Of a stretch of DNA of 64,000 nucleotides, positions 45,382 through 55,389 are shown in pieces. Position numbers and translations under genes: made by a program. The stretch is from Patescibacteria group bacterium (lineage in GTDB: Bacteria > Patescibacteriota > Microgenomatia > 2-02-FULL-39-11): assembly GCA_023379265.1 (NCBI GenBank), contig JAMCUI010000004.1:73273-137272 (forward strand), written 5' to 3'. The notes beneath the pieces were generated by a model that saw only the letters and a program-made list of their open reading frames with translations, did no database searches and was not told the DNA's origin. Every line of letters starts with the position of its first letter. Position 1 is the stretch's first letter.

Positions 45382-45651
45382 TTAAATCCATCCCTTTTCC
45401 TTAGGCAGCTTCGACAACCATGTATGCGTACCTTTCAGTTCCGGAGGAGATTCAATTTCTACATAATAAAATAGTAGTCCTTCTGATTTTCTTGGGGAAC
45501 CGATAAGCCAAACCTTCGTTCCGGGAGGCGCTTTCCCGTCTTCATGCCTACCACTTGAATATCCGGTCCAAAAAGGTGTCCCTGCTCTCACTCCATACGG
45601 ATGAGGCATCGCTTCACTTTCCCTATTTTGTGTTTCTAATTCTCTAACCAC
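45382..45651 (-). CDS. hypothetical protein
   Basis: 89-aa ORF, no domain recognised. Confidence 0.3.
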   Translation of the reverse strand: MVRELETQNRESEAMPHPYGVRAGTPFWTGYSSGRHEDGKAPPGTKVWLIGSPRKSEGLLFYYVEIESPPELKGTHTWLSKLPKEKGWI

Positions 45652-45896
45652 AATAGTTTCTGGTTATAGAAAAATTTTGAATTAAAATTATATTCGTTCG
45701 TATAAAACATCGCACTCACTTATATCAGTTGTGTATTGTACATCTTGCTAACAGGAATTTTCAATAACTATCCACTCTCTTTGATATTTTTAATTCTTTG
45801 GACTATTGTTATTATGAGGACACTCATCTTCTGAAAGAATGAGAAAGTCTGAAAATGGTATTAGAAACACCATACAATTTATAAAAAAATAATTAT

Positions 45897-47804
45897 ATGA
45901 GCTATCCTCCAGTACCAGAAATGCGCATGTCGCAGCCATTGGTTGCCCCCCGGGAAAATCTACCCGTGGCCTCCCCTATCCGGCCGGTGGCCGCCGAACA
46001 CAAAGCCCGTATAGTTACTCCCGAGGCAAAAAACAGAGCTCAGGCAATTCTGGCATCCAAAAAGCAAGCGCTTGAAGCCGAACAACGCCGCCTTGCCTGG
46101 AACTTAAAACAGGGCAACTGTATCAGGCTGGACCAGCTTACCCGCGACTACGACAACGAAATACTGCGCTATCAGCAAGCGCTTGATGGTCTTGCCGCGG
46201 GCGATAACGGCCAGGCCCGTGACCTTCTTGAACAGCAAATCTGCCGCAACTTGCAGTCATCCGCTCAGCTGAGATCTTATCAGAGCGAAATGACACAGGA
46301 TTATGTCCAGGCTGGCGGGCAACTGCAGGAGGCACGAAATATGTTAAATACGGACTCAAACGACAGGCTCAGGTATTCAAACCCGCAGGAGCTGGACATG
46401 GCGATAAACAAAATGCTTCTGGAGCAAGTCTACCAGGCCAACCCCGCATGGAGGGGCAGCAAAAACCCGGTTTTTATCGCGTCCCGTGATGCTGAAGTCG
46501 TCAGGCTGAAAAATATGCTGGCTTTGACCACTCCCGACCAGCTTCTCTCCCAGGCGCGCAAATTGGCCCAAAACCCAAAAGATGCAAACGGCAGGCTGGG
46601 TCTTTTTGTCCAGATACAATTCAAAGAGATTAGCATGCTTGAAGAACAGAGGGGACAAATGCACTCTATCGTCCAATCACACGAAAACCTTGAAAGGGAG
46701 AATTTGGAAATGGATGGGCTTGTTATAGATCTGGGAGGCCAACTGTCAAATCATCCTGACAGGCTGTCCCAGCGCCAACAAATTCTCCAGCAACTGAAAA
46801 ATGCAGCTGAAACCGATCCCGCCAAAAGTTATGAACAGATTTTGCAAAGCGCAAAAGAAAGTGGCGTGGCAGTAGAACAGAATTTTGCGGCCACATACAG
46901 GCAAATTGCAGATGAACGAGCCAAAGTGGAATACGCGCTGAAAAAAGCAGAAAGCAAACACAATGACCGTGTAGTCAGACTCCACAGACTGCGACTGTCC
47001 AGACTTTCTCTTCTGGAATACCGGCTTTCCGAGACGTACAATATCCACCGGCAAAAAAACCCGGGCAAAAATCCGCCGGCCTTAAAAGAGCTTGCTGCCA
47101 CAAACCAGATGGAAGAACAAAGACAACCGGAAGCTTCAGCAAAGCCCCAGACAAATATTGCACGTTCTCCTACAATTGCCTCCGCCCCCATGGTAAACAA
47201 ACCGGCTGCCTCTCCCACCGCCAGCAACAGGCAAGAATCCGCCGCGCCACCGGTTGAAATGAAAATAAAAACATCCATTGGGAAAAGCCAAATCGACCAG
47301 ATTATTGACGAGTCGCACGGAGCCTGGCGGACGGTAAATTCACGTGTAGTTGCCATTTCAGTCCTAAATGAACTTGAAGGAAATCTTGGCTACTCTTTTC
47401 CTTTGCTTGATAGGACCGAAATAGCTTATGGCATTCCCAAGACTGTGATGCCTGATAATATTTCGCTAAATCCCGACGGCCAACCTCCGGCAGCGTGGTT
47501 GGAGATTGACGTTCCCGTAGGACCGGGAAAACCTGCCAGAAGAGTGGCGATAAACAACACCGCTGAGCTAAACGCGGCAATTGCCTATGCCAAGCAAGTC
47601 AGACTGCTTGACGGCAGGCTAAACCCTCACCCGATGTCACTAATTCATCTGGTAATGCGTGATGATATAGCCCAGCAATTCACTGTGGACCGGCTCAGAC
47701 AAAATCCACAAGTGCTCAATCAAATTGCAAGTGATCTCATCCACTTTTCCGACCAGTCTCAGCCGCCCAAACGCCGCCTCGAATCCGTAAGATTTACTAT
47801 CTAA
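45897..47804 (+). CDS. hypothetical Gln/Leu-rich coiled-coil protein (635 aa), GC-rich
   Basis: Long intact ORF; heptad-like Q/L/E-rich stretches; no enzymatic motif. Confidence 0.45.
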   Translation: MSYPPVPEMRMSQPLVAPRENLPVASPIRPVAAEHKARIVTPEAKNRAQAILASKKQALEAEQRRLAWNLKQGNCIRLDQLTRDYDNEILRYQQALDGLAAGDNGQARDLLEQQICRNLQSSAQLRSYQSEMTQDYVQAGGQLQEARNMLNTDSNDRLRYSNPQELDMAINKMLLEQVYQANPAWRGSKNPVFIASRDAEVVRLKNMLALTTPDQLLSQARKLAQNPKDANGRLGLFVQIQFKEISMLEEQRGQMHSIVQSHENLERENLEMDGLVIDLGGQLSNHPDRLSQRQQILQQLKNAAETDPAKSYEQILQSAKESGVAVEQNFAATYRQIADERAKVEYALKKAESKHNDRVVRLHRLRLSRLSLLEYRLSETYNIHRQKNPGKNPPALKELAATNQMEEQRQPEASAKPQTNIARSPTIASAPMVNKPAASPTASNRQESAAPPVEMKIKTSIGKSQIDQIIDESHGAWRTVNSRVVAISVLNELEGNLGYSFPLLDRTEIAYGIPKTVMPDNISLNPDGQPPAAWLEIDVPVGPGKPARRVAINNTAELNAAIAYAKQVRLLDGRLNPHPMSLIHLVMRDDIAQQFTVDRLRQNPQVLNQIASDLIHFSDQSQPPKRRLESVRFTI

Positions 47805-47891
47805 TCAAGTTTGCCATCAGTAGTTACGCACTCTGTATCTTATATCCTGTTTCACGTAACTCAGGTTTGCAACTGAGTTACTCAGTATATA

Positions 47892-47965
47892 ACCATCTAT
47901 GCTTCGGCTACGTCTCAGCACTTATCTGCTTTTTTGGCTCTACGAGCTTCAAACCAGAGTAAGAT
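47892..47965. repeat. Left copy of ~74-bp inverted repeat (partner at 59634-59706, 3 mismatches); overlaps the start codon and first ~22 codons of the 47899 gene
   Basis: Reverse complement of 47892-47965 aligns with 59634-59706. Confidence 0.85.
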
Positions 47966-48546
47966 GGGTATATAATAATCCCGACATGCCGGGCAAAGAA
48001 CATTTTTCTTTCAGGAATGATTTCCAACTGGGCTCACCTGCAGATTTTCAAGTGAGACAAACGGGCGACAGAATCCTCAGGGAACATCACCTGGATCTGA
48101 CGGTGACGGATCTGGACGTGATGCTTTCGCTTACTTCCCTGCCGCGCAACAACCGCACATTTGAACACATCAGGGATGACTGCATCACTCTCAATCCCCC
48201 TTCAGCCCGTCCCAACGCGCAACTCACCAGACATCCGGAATATACAGACTATGCCAATCGGGCTCTGGCTCTTACACTAAAAAGGATGGAACGGCAAGAT
48301 AGGATCAGACGGAGGGCAACAAACAGTCATGATGGAGAACTTTATGACATCACCTCAAGAGGACGGGAACAGCTCAGGAAAGCAAAAAGAGTCTTTTCAG
48401 CACTTCCCGCGCCAGAGTCTAAAAGATATGGAGATACTGGCTCAATCACGGGCATCATGCAAATATTCCCCGACAGTATCATCTCCTTTATCAAAAGCCT
48501 CAAAAGGCACAAAAGGAAATTTTCCCGTAGATTAAGTCAGAGATAG
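47899..48546 (+). CDS. hypothetical protein
   Basis: 215-aa ORF; N-terminus encoded by the inverted repeat. Confidence 0.4.
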   Translation: MLRLRLSTYLLFWLYELQTRVRWVYNNPDMPGKEHFSFRNDFQLGSPADFQVRQTGDRILREHHLDLTVTDLDVMLSLTSLPRNNRTFEHIRDDCITLNPPSARPNAQLTRHPEYTDYANRALALTLKRMERQDRIRRRATNSHDGELYDITSRGREQLRKAKRVFSALPAPESKRYGDTGSITGIMQIFPDSIISFIKSLKRHKRKFSRRLSQR

Positions 48547-48822
48547 AATAATAAGTAGAGAAACTAGAACTTATCAAAACTATGATTTTGAACGTAAGTC
48601 ATAGTATTCCATCAAGCTCGAATTTGAGGTTTTGATACCAGTTAAATGAAAGATAGCGGGATGGGTTTTTGGGGGTTGGTAAAAAATTGGCAATTTTGGG
48701 AAAATTGCGGATTTGTTTTTTGTTTACCCCAGAGGAGGTGAATTTCCCGAGAGAGTCGGGTGCCAGACCGGAAAAGCATCCGGCACCCTCATCCAGGCCG
48801 ATTGGATAATCATTTTTCATCT

Positions 48823-49284
48823 TCACCAAAACTTTATCGGGAAGATGATCGCGGCGGCTCCCCAAAGAAGCAGACCCACCGCGAGGGTGAAAAGGTATTT
48901 CCTTACGGGAATTAGAAGTGGTTCGCTAGACTGCTGTGTCACTTGCTTTCGCGTGACGAAGTAACGCAGCACCCGGGGAAATGCAATCCCGGTTCCGCCT
49001 ACAAGCGAACCCCAACAGGTAATTCCCTGCAGGAAAACCCATGAGCCAAACCAAAACCGGAAGAGGAAAAAAGCCACCTCGGGGTTTTGGATCAGCCAAC
49101 TGACTGTCCAATCAAACTTTGCGACGAACAAGTCCCAGTTTGTCATGTTCTGCCTCCTCAGAAAGATTTTTGAAAATACCGCATTGGAAAAGGCAAATTT
49201 TGCCTTCTCTATTGCGGTATCTTCCTCCCTTCCCGCTATCTTTTCAAAGAACAAAAAGAAAACGTCATAAACTTTCAGCCGCAA
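48823..49284 (-). CDS. hypothetical small membrane protein (start probably internal, MTNWDLF...)
   Basis: Hydrophobic helices FFLFRFWFGSWVFL, LAVGLLLWGAAAIIFPI. Confidence 0.4.
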   Translation of the reverse strand: MRLKVYDVFFLFFEKIAGREEDTAIEKAKFAFSNAVFSKIFLRRQNMTNWDLFVAKFDWTVSWLIQNPEVAFFLFRFWFGSWVFLQGITCWGSLVGGTGIAFPRVLRYFVTRKQVTQQSSEPLLIPVRKYLFTLAVGLLLWGAAAIIFPIKFW

Positions 49285-49363
49285 AAAAGCTGATATTTAT
49301 GAAATTTCGGGAATTATAGCACATTTCTTGACTATAGGTTAAATCCATCATAAAATTCCTTTC

Positions 49364-51499
49364 ATGCCGCACGAAAGACTAGGAAGATTATCACAACAGT
49401 TTGCCCAAAACGGAAGACAATACGTCGAGGATAGGATCCCCAGATATATACCTATTCCCGTGGCAAGAGGCATTGCTGAAGCAACTCAATTTATCCCAGA
49501 ACGTCTTAGAAGACCGGTTATAGGTTTAGCGGACCGACTTCCATTCGCGCCGGGTGCAGCGGCGGAAATTGCCAAAAGACAAACCTGGGGATATTTCCAT
49601 GAAATACTAAAGGGTGCAGCGGAAAGTAAAGAACAGTTACCATCAAAAGAATATCAACTAACGGCAGCAAGAGCGGAGTTATACGGGCAATCAAGAATTG
49701 ACATTATGATGTTCTACAAACCGTTTCCTGACCGGCCAAGAAGGAAGAATAAAATCTATCCGCCAAGAACAGGTTTTTTTGATAGAAGACTGAACGCACT
49801 GCTTTCTCCACATACCAGTAACGGACTTCCTGATGAATGGTTTCTTCGGGATGCCGATGGCAGATATATTCAGCGGGAGGAGGGGCTTGACGCAAAACTT
49901 CTCCATGAAATGTATTATGCATTGCCTGATAGGCGTGCTGCTTATTTTGAGATGGAAAAAATCTTTGATGAGGTAGTAAGACAAGAAATACCCCCGGTTG
50001 GACAAGATGTACTAAACCGGTTGAGATTTTTGGGCATGTCAAATGAAGAAGAATTTGTTAATACTACTGAGGAAAATTTATTAAATAGGATAAATGCCAA
50101 AATTAATCAGATTGCAGGAACAAATAGGAATAAAAAATTTAGTTTGAAAAATCTGACAGAGTTTATGAACATGGCTCGCCAATCAGACGCGATAAGAAGG
50201 AAGGAAGATCCGAAACATAAAGGCAAGAGAAGAACTGGAGAATCTTATTATTGCCATTACCTTGCTTCTGCCTGGTTTCTATGGACAATGATAGAAGAAG
50301 ACCTCACAACTGAACAGGATGTTTTAGACGCTTTGGAAGATGTAGAAACTATGATGGTACATGACATCATGGAAGACCTTCCCTACAAACTCAGAACGCA
50401 ATATGATCCTGAAAATCAGGAAAACAGATTTTTCCTTGATTTGGAAATACCTCAACCGATCGATATAAACGGAAGGGCACCAATAGTTACAGACTTATCC
50501 GAGGATATCACACCAGTGGTAACAATCGAAAAAAAAGGTGACAGTGATGAATACCAGTATATCCTCTGGAAAAAAAGTAAAACTCTTAGCATAGAGCTTA
50601 GTCGAAACCAATGGCTTATTTTAGAAGCCATGCACAAAGAAAAAGATGATGAAAGTGGATTTATATGGCTTGAGAAAATCAAAAATATTTTCGATCCCAA
50701 CGACCCTACTCCCCAAAGGAAAAATTACCTCATAAAAAAAGCTGCTAGGTGTAAATCTGCCGATAGGTTGGCGAACTTACTCACGATTACTTCCGCCGGA
50801 GGACCTTTTTACGACGTAGTAAGAAAACTAAACGAAACTATTTATGGAGGCAAATATCTTGCCTGGCTATCAAATTTTGGAGATCTGGGACCGGTAGGTA
50901 CAATAGATCGATTGAAAAAAATTGCCAAAAATAATAGATTTGTTCTTCTTCTCTCTGCTATACCAATTATTGCTGAAATGGAAAAAAGGAATATCATGAT
51001 TAAATTCGGACAAAAACTGATGGAAAAAATAAGAGAAAATACTGATAAACCTTGGGCAAAACAAATTATATATATTATTGATAAGAATATACGATATCCG
51101 CATGGCGGTCCCAATCCTTTACCCTATGGTTTAAGAAGATTGGAAGATCTTAAAGCGTGTTACAGGATACCTTCTGAATTTGATGACTATATTTTGTCTT
51201 CGGAAAATCTGCATCACTATCTAAGTCTTGAACAATTTGTACAGCAAGAAAACTTTTTCCCACAAAATCAGCCAATAGAATTTGTTCACTTCAAACACCT
51301 TATAAATCGCTTGGAAACATTTGAGAAATGGATGATGCCATATGAAGGAATACTTCCGGGAGGAGTAGATGATTATTTCGGACCGAGACCTCTTCTTTAT
51401 GTGGATTTTTTCACTATTAGGGATATGACTTCTGAATTTATGGAACAGATGGCAGAAACAATTGCCTGGGGTAAAGCTTATGAATACGAAGAAGAATAA
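49364..51499 (+). CDS. divergent HD-domain protein of the RelA/SpoT (RSH) hydrolase type with long unique N- and C-terminal regions
   Basis: HD region YYCHYLASAWFL ... MMVHDIMEDLP ... RCKSADRLANLLT (~ LADRLHNMRT). Confidence 0.5.
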   Translation: MPHERLGRLSQQFAQNGRQYVEDRIPRYIPIPVARGIAEATQFIPERLRRPVIGLADRLPFAPGAAAEIAKRQTWGYFHEILKGAAESKEQLPSKEYQLTAARAELYGQSRIDIMMFYKPFPDRPRRKNKIYPPRTGFFDRRLNALLSPHTSNGLPDEWFLRDADGRYIQREEGLDAKLLHEMYYALPDRRAAYFEMEKIFDEVVRQEIPPVGQDVLNRLRFLGMSNEEEFVNTTEENLLNRINAKINQIAGTNRNKKFSLKNLTEFMNMARQSDAIRRKEDPKHKGKRRTGESYYCHYLASAWFLWTMIEEDLTTEQDVLDALEDVETMMVHDIMEDLPYKLRTQYDPENQENRFFLDLEIPQPIDINGRAPIVTDLSEDITPVVTIEKKGDSDEYQYILWKKSKTLSIELSRNQWLILEAMHKEKDDESGFIWLEKIKNIFDPNDPTPQRKNYLIKKAARCKSADRLANLLTITSAGGPFYDVVRKLNETIYGGKYLAWLSNFGDLGPVGTIDRLKKIAKNNRFVLLLSAIPIIAEMEKRNIMIKFGQKLMEKIRENTDKPWAKQIIYIIDKNIRYPHGGPNPLPYGLRRLEDLKACYRIPSEFDDYILSSENLHHYLSLEQFVQQENFFPQNQPIEFVHFKHLINRLETFEKWMMPYEGILPGGVDDYFGPRPLLYVDFFTIRDMTSEFMEQMAETIAWGKAYEYEEE

Positions 51500-51744
51500 A
51501 TTAACTCTGTTGAAAACAAATAATACGAAATAGAGATTCAATTAAACGCAGGTCTGGCGATGAATATAATTTCGTGAGGCGGACTGCTATCAGCCTTTTT
51601 CTCCAATCTGACATCTCTAGGACAGGACATACGAAGTGGACAATCTTTATCAATACAAGTTGCGGTTTTGGAATCGATAGAGGGAGCTTTGATATTGGCA
51701 ATATCTCCGCGGGATATACAATTTGCTTCCAGAAAGACCATAAT

Positions 51745-52209
51745 TCAGACTATTTTTTCTCCCAATTGATACCGGCAGAATCTGGAAACAGTGATATTTT
51801 CTCCCAGTTTTCCTATCACCTGTTTGACTAATTTCTCAATCGTTAAAGACGGATCTCTAATATATTCCTGTGCCAGAAGCGCTTTCACATCTTTTGGGCC
51901 CATCGAGGCTATCTGCAGACAAATTTCGTGTGAAAGATCCCTAAAATCGTCAGTCTTTGCGACAAAATCAGTCTCACAAAGAATCTCGAGAATCACTCCG
52001 ACTTTGCCCCCTGCATGAATATAACTATCGACAATTCCTGCATGTGTGGCACGGTCCGCTTTTTTCTCTGCTTTCTCCACTCCCCATTTATTGAGAAGCT
52101 CAACGGCTTTTTTCTCGTCCCCCTTCGTCTCCTCTAAAGCTCTCCGGCAATCCATCACTCCGGCGCCGGTCCTTTCTCTAAGTTTTTTTATCTGGTCAAC
52201 GGAAATCAT
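51745..52209 (-). CDS. tsf: elongation factor Ts (short form)
   Basis: UBA-like N-terminus LRERTGAGVMDCRRALEE and EF-Ts core; immediately downstream of rpsB. Confidence 0.8.
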   Translation of the reverse strand: MISVDQIKKLRERTGAGVMDCRRALEETKGDEKKAVELLNKWGVEKAEKKADRATHAGIVDSYIHAGGKVGVILEILCETDFVAKTDDFRDLSHEICLQIASMGPKDVKALLAQEYIRDPSLTIEKLVKQVIGKLGENITVSRFCRYQLGEKIV

Positions 52210-52244
52210 ATTTCATTTAACAATTAACAGATAACAAATTTCTC

Positions 52245-53084
52245 TTATTTTGTCATTTTCACCGGTTGTTTTCTGGTCTCAGTTTCCTTATCTTTGTTAT
52301 CTTTTTTTTGTTCCTTGTTCTCTGCTTGCCCTGAGTCCTTCCTTATGTCGGGACGGAGGGTTTTTTGTTCTTTGTTCTCTGCTTTCTCTTCCTTTTTCTC
52401 CCTCTCCGCTTTTCCTTCGGCATATGCATCTGCAATATAATCTATAATTATTTTTATACTACCTACGGCATCGTCATTGGCAGGGATGGGATAGTCTACA
52501 TCTGTCGGATCAACATTAGTATCGACTATCGCCGCTATGGGCATCTCATACTGCTGAGCTTCCCGCACACTAGCCACTTCACGCTTGAGATCCACTATAA
52601 AAAGCGCATCCGGTAAAGTCACCAGATCAGCCACTCCCGAATAGACCATTTCGCTTTTGCGCAACTCTTTTTCCAGTTTGACAATCTCATGTTTAGGAAA
52701 TTTAGTCCAGCTACCATCTGTCCTTTCTTTCCTCATCCTGTTTATCTTGGCGATATTGTTTTTCACCTGATCCCAGTTGGTGATAAATCCACCAATCCAA
52801 CGGTTGGTCAAATATGGCAATCCTGCGCGCTTGGCAGCTTCAGTGACTACGCCTTTTGCCTGTTTTTTGGTGGCTACCATAAGGACGGTCTTGCCTTCCT
52901 TGGCCAAATCGCGGAAATATCCGGCTGTCTTTTTTAGCCCATCACGTGTCTGAACTAGATCAATAATATGCAGTCCTTCCCGCACCTGGTATATGTAAGA
53001 AGCTGCTTTTGGATGCCACCTTTCTTTCTTATGTCCGAAATGGCAACCGGCTTCAAGAAGATCTTTAAGTGATATGTCTTTCAT
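52245..53084 (-). CDS. rpsB: 30S ribosomal protein S2 with Lys/Glu-rich C-terminal extension
   Basis: LLEAGCHFGHKKERWHPK signature. Confidence 0.9.
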   Translation of the reverse strand: MKDISLKDLLEAGCHFGHKKERWHPKAASYIYQVREGLHIIDLVQTRDGLKKTAGYFRDLAKEGKTVLMVATKKQAKGVVTEAAKRAGLPYLTNRWIGGFITNWDQVKNNIAKINRMRKERTDGSWTKFPKHEIVKLEKELRKSEMVYSGVADLVTLPDALFIVDLKREVASVREAQQYEMPIAAIVDTNVDPTDVDYPIPANDDAVGSIKIIIDYIADAYAEGKAEREKKEEKAENKEQKTLRPDIRKDSGQAENKEQKKDNKDKETETRKQPVKMTK

Positions 53085-53298
53085 ATAAATTGCGAATTAC
53101 CCAATTTCCCAATTGAGAATTAATAACGTATTAACCCAAAAAAATAAGCAGAGACACTTCTCTGCTTTGTAGAAAAATGTCTCCTTATCCCGATTTTATC
53201 GGGACCTTCCACCCGGACATTTTTTATCAGGAGACACATCCGGATGTGTGTGATTTTTATATTATAACCTATTGCAGAAATTTATCAAGCACAAGATC

Positions 53299-54582
53299 TT
53301 ATCTAGCGTACATATCTATTATGCCCGGATTAAAAAAGTTGACCAATTCTCTAATAAAGGTGTTATTAAATATGTCATATTGGCTGAAAACAGTCTTATT
53401 TTGCGGGATGCTGTTTATGCTCGCAGAATTTAACCTCTCTACTAATTCCTGTAACCTCAGCCCTTTATGATAATCCAGTACAAAATCCGTCCCCAACTCA
53501 TCTGCCCAGAGATCCTGAGCTACCGTAGAATCAAAAAAACCGGTAGCCAAAATTCTGTTATATTCATCCAAATCCATCTCACCTGGGCTGGCTATGCCTG
53601 CCTTTTCCCGCATCCACTTCACTGACTCTGATATTTCCAAAGCTATTCCTGAAAGCCTCATGAACCATTGGACTTTGTCATAAATATCCCTTCCCAAAAA
53701 ATCCGACATTATTTTTGCCGCACGAGGGACTCTTCCAATTTCCGGTATTTTGTCCTTTTGAGCCAGAAAATACATGTGTGCCAACCAGGCAAACTGGGCA
53801 AAATGCACTACCCTATCGGCCCCCAGACATCTGTTATAAATATCCATCGCTGAATCAGTGCATTGGGTAATAGAAAGAGGATAGACTCTGGGATGTTTCC
53901 CGTATACTTTCATCCACCAAGGAATCTCTTTATCATGCTCCATCCAGTACGCATTGGATATCGGCACATTCAGTTTTTGGGGACTAGTGATATCATCTCT
54001 TGTAAGATAAGGACTGAAGATTACGGCAAAAGAGTAAAGAGCAAGATGCAGGGCGTTCTCGTCGCTTACATTCCTGCCTGGAAATTCTTTTTGCAGTGCG
54101 GCTCTGGCATAACCCAAATGTTTATTAAACTCATTTCCTAAAAGAGGCGGATGTCCAAAAATAGGAGGTGTCGCAAAATATTCCCTTAAGGCAATTTGTA
54201 ATATCCCGGGATTATTCCAATCCGGATTATTCAGTAATTTATCGTGAAGTGCCACATGCATCAGAAAATTCTTATGGCCGTCTTTATCCCTGCCATCAAC
54301 CAGGGGAGGCAATCCTTGCCTATTGTGATACTCCAGCCACCCGGGAGAAGGAAAATTAATTCCGCGTTTTGAATTTTCACTACTGTTGGTGGGGTCAATA
54401 AGATAGTTTGCAGCTCTTGCCGCCAATCTTCCTCCAGTTCTTGCTGCTGCCACAGCATTATATATTTGGTAAGCGACCTCCATATCAGCCGCAACACCTG
54501 CCACGAATGCGCCTCCGGCAAATAAAGCGCCTTTTTCCAGAAACTCGCGCCTGCTTATAGGTGATTCCAGTTGGTTTTGCAT
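53299..54582 (-). CDS. hypothetical exported protein with twin-arginine (Tat) signal peptide
   Basis: N-terminal SRREFLEKGALFAGGAFVAGVAA. Confidence 0.5.
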   Translation of the reverse strand: MQNQLESPISRREFLEKGALFAGGAFVAGVAADMEVAYQIYNAVAAARTGGRLAARAANYLIDPTNSSENSKRGINFPSPGWLEYHNRQGLPPLVDGRDKDGHKNFLMHVALHDKLLNNPDWNNPGILQIALREYFATPPIFGHPPLLGNEFNKHLGYARAALQKEFPGRNVSDENALHLALYSFAVIFSPYLTRDDITSPQKLNVPISNAYWMEHDKEIPWWMKVYGKHPRVYPLSITQCTDSAMDIYNRCLGADRVVHFAQFAWLAHMYFLAQKDKIPEIGRVPRAAKIMSDFLGRDIYDKVQWFMRLSGIALEISESVKWMREKAGIASPGEMDLDEYNRILATGFFDSTVAQDLWADELGTDFVLDYHKGLRLQELVERLNSASINSIPQNKTVFSQYDIFNNTFIRELVNFFNPGIIDMYAR

Positions 54583-54675
54583 CTGATTTTTTGAGGCAGA
54601 AATAATTTAGGGAGAAAACTGAACCAAGTTTGACATGATCCTGGGTCTATAGATCTGGATTTGATTTGACATGCG

Positions 54676-55314
54676 TTATCGCAATTTTGGATTTTTCCCG
54701 ACTTTCCCTTCTACTCTTTCCCAAATCAACCCCTCCACAATTTCAATTTCCTTGCTGCTGTCGACAACAAAATATCTGTCACTGAATTTTTTTGCGAGCA
54801 GGTGATAGCCTCTATACACTCTCTCGTAAAAATCTTTCTGTTGCAGGTCAAGCCTATCGATCTTGTCTGTCCCGTTACGGCGGGCAAAGCCTGTTTCACA
54901 TGACACATCAAGTAGGATAGTCAAGTCAGGCATCACTCCCTCCAAAGCCGCTTTATTCAACTCCAAAATCTCTTTTTCTCCCAACTGCCGTCCATAACCT
55001 TGATAGGCTAGTGATGAATCGATATATCGGTCGCAAACCACAATTTTCCCCTCTGAGAGTGAGGGTTTTATTATCTCCCTTACATGCTGGGCGCGCGAGG
55101 CGGCCATAAGATATGCCTCTGTCACTGCGGTCAAATCCACATTTTCCCGGCCGTGGGTGATACTTCTAATCTCCTCCCCTATCCTTGTCCCGCCCGGCTC
55201 CCGCGTCACCACGATGTCATACCCTTCCTCCTTGAGCCTGCTCCCCAGAAGCCCGACCTGAGTGGACTTGCCGCTACCCTCAATACCCTCAAAAGTGATA
55301 AAAAATCCTTTCAT
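54676..55314 (-). CDS. tmk: thymidylate kinase
   Basis: P-loop FITFEGIEGSGKST, DRY motif, LID region. Confidence 0.9.
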   Translation of the reverse strand: MKGFFITFEGIEGSGKSTQVGLLGSRLKEEGYDIVVTREPGGTRIGEEIRSITHGRENVDLTAVTEAYLMAASRAQHVREIIKPSLSEGKIVVCDRYIDSSLAYQGYGRQLGEKEILELNKAALEGVMPDLTILLDVSCETGFARRNGTDKIDRLDLQQKDFYERVYRGYHLLAKKFSDRYFVVDSSKEIEIVEGLIWERVEGKVGKNPKLR

Positions 55315-55389
55315 CCATATCTATTCTATCAGATTTTCACAATCATCTCTTGCCGCAGCGTATAATATGATATAAATTGAAATTAAACC

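Noticed and set aside
51501-51831. Short ORFs 51501..51701(-), 51538..51741(-), 51574..51831(+) between the HD-domain gene and tsf
   Set aside because: They are mutually overlapping in different frames with no SD or motif. They are probably non-coding promoter or terminator space for tsf-rpsB.
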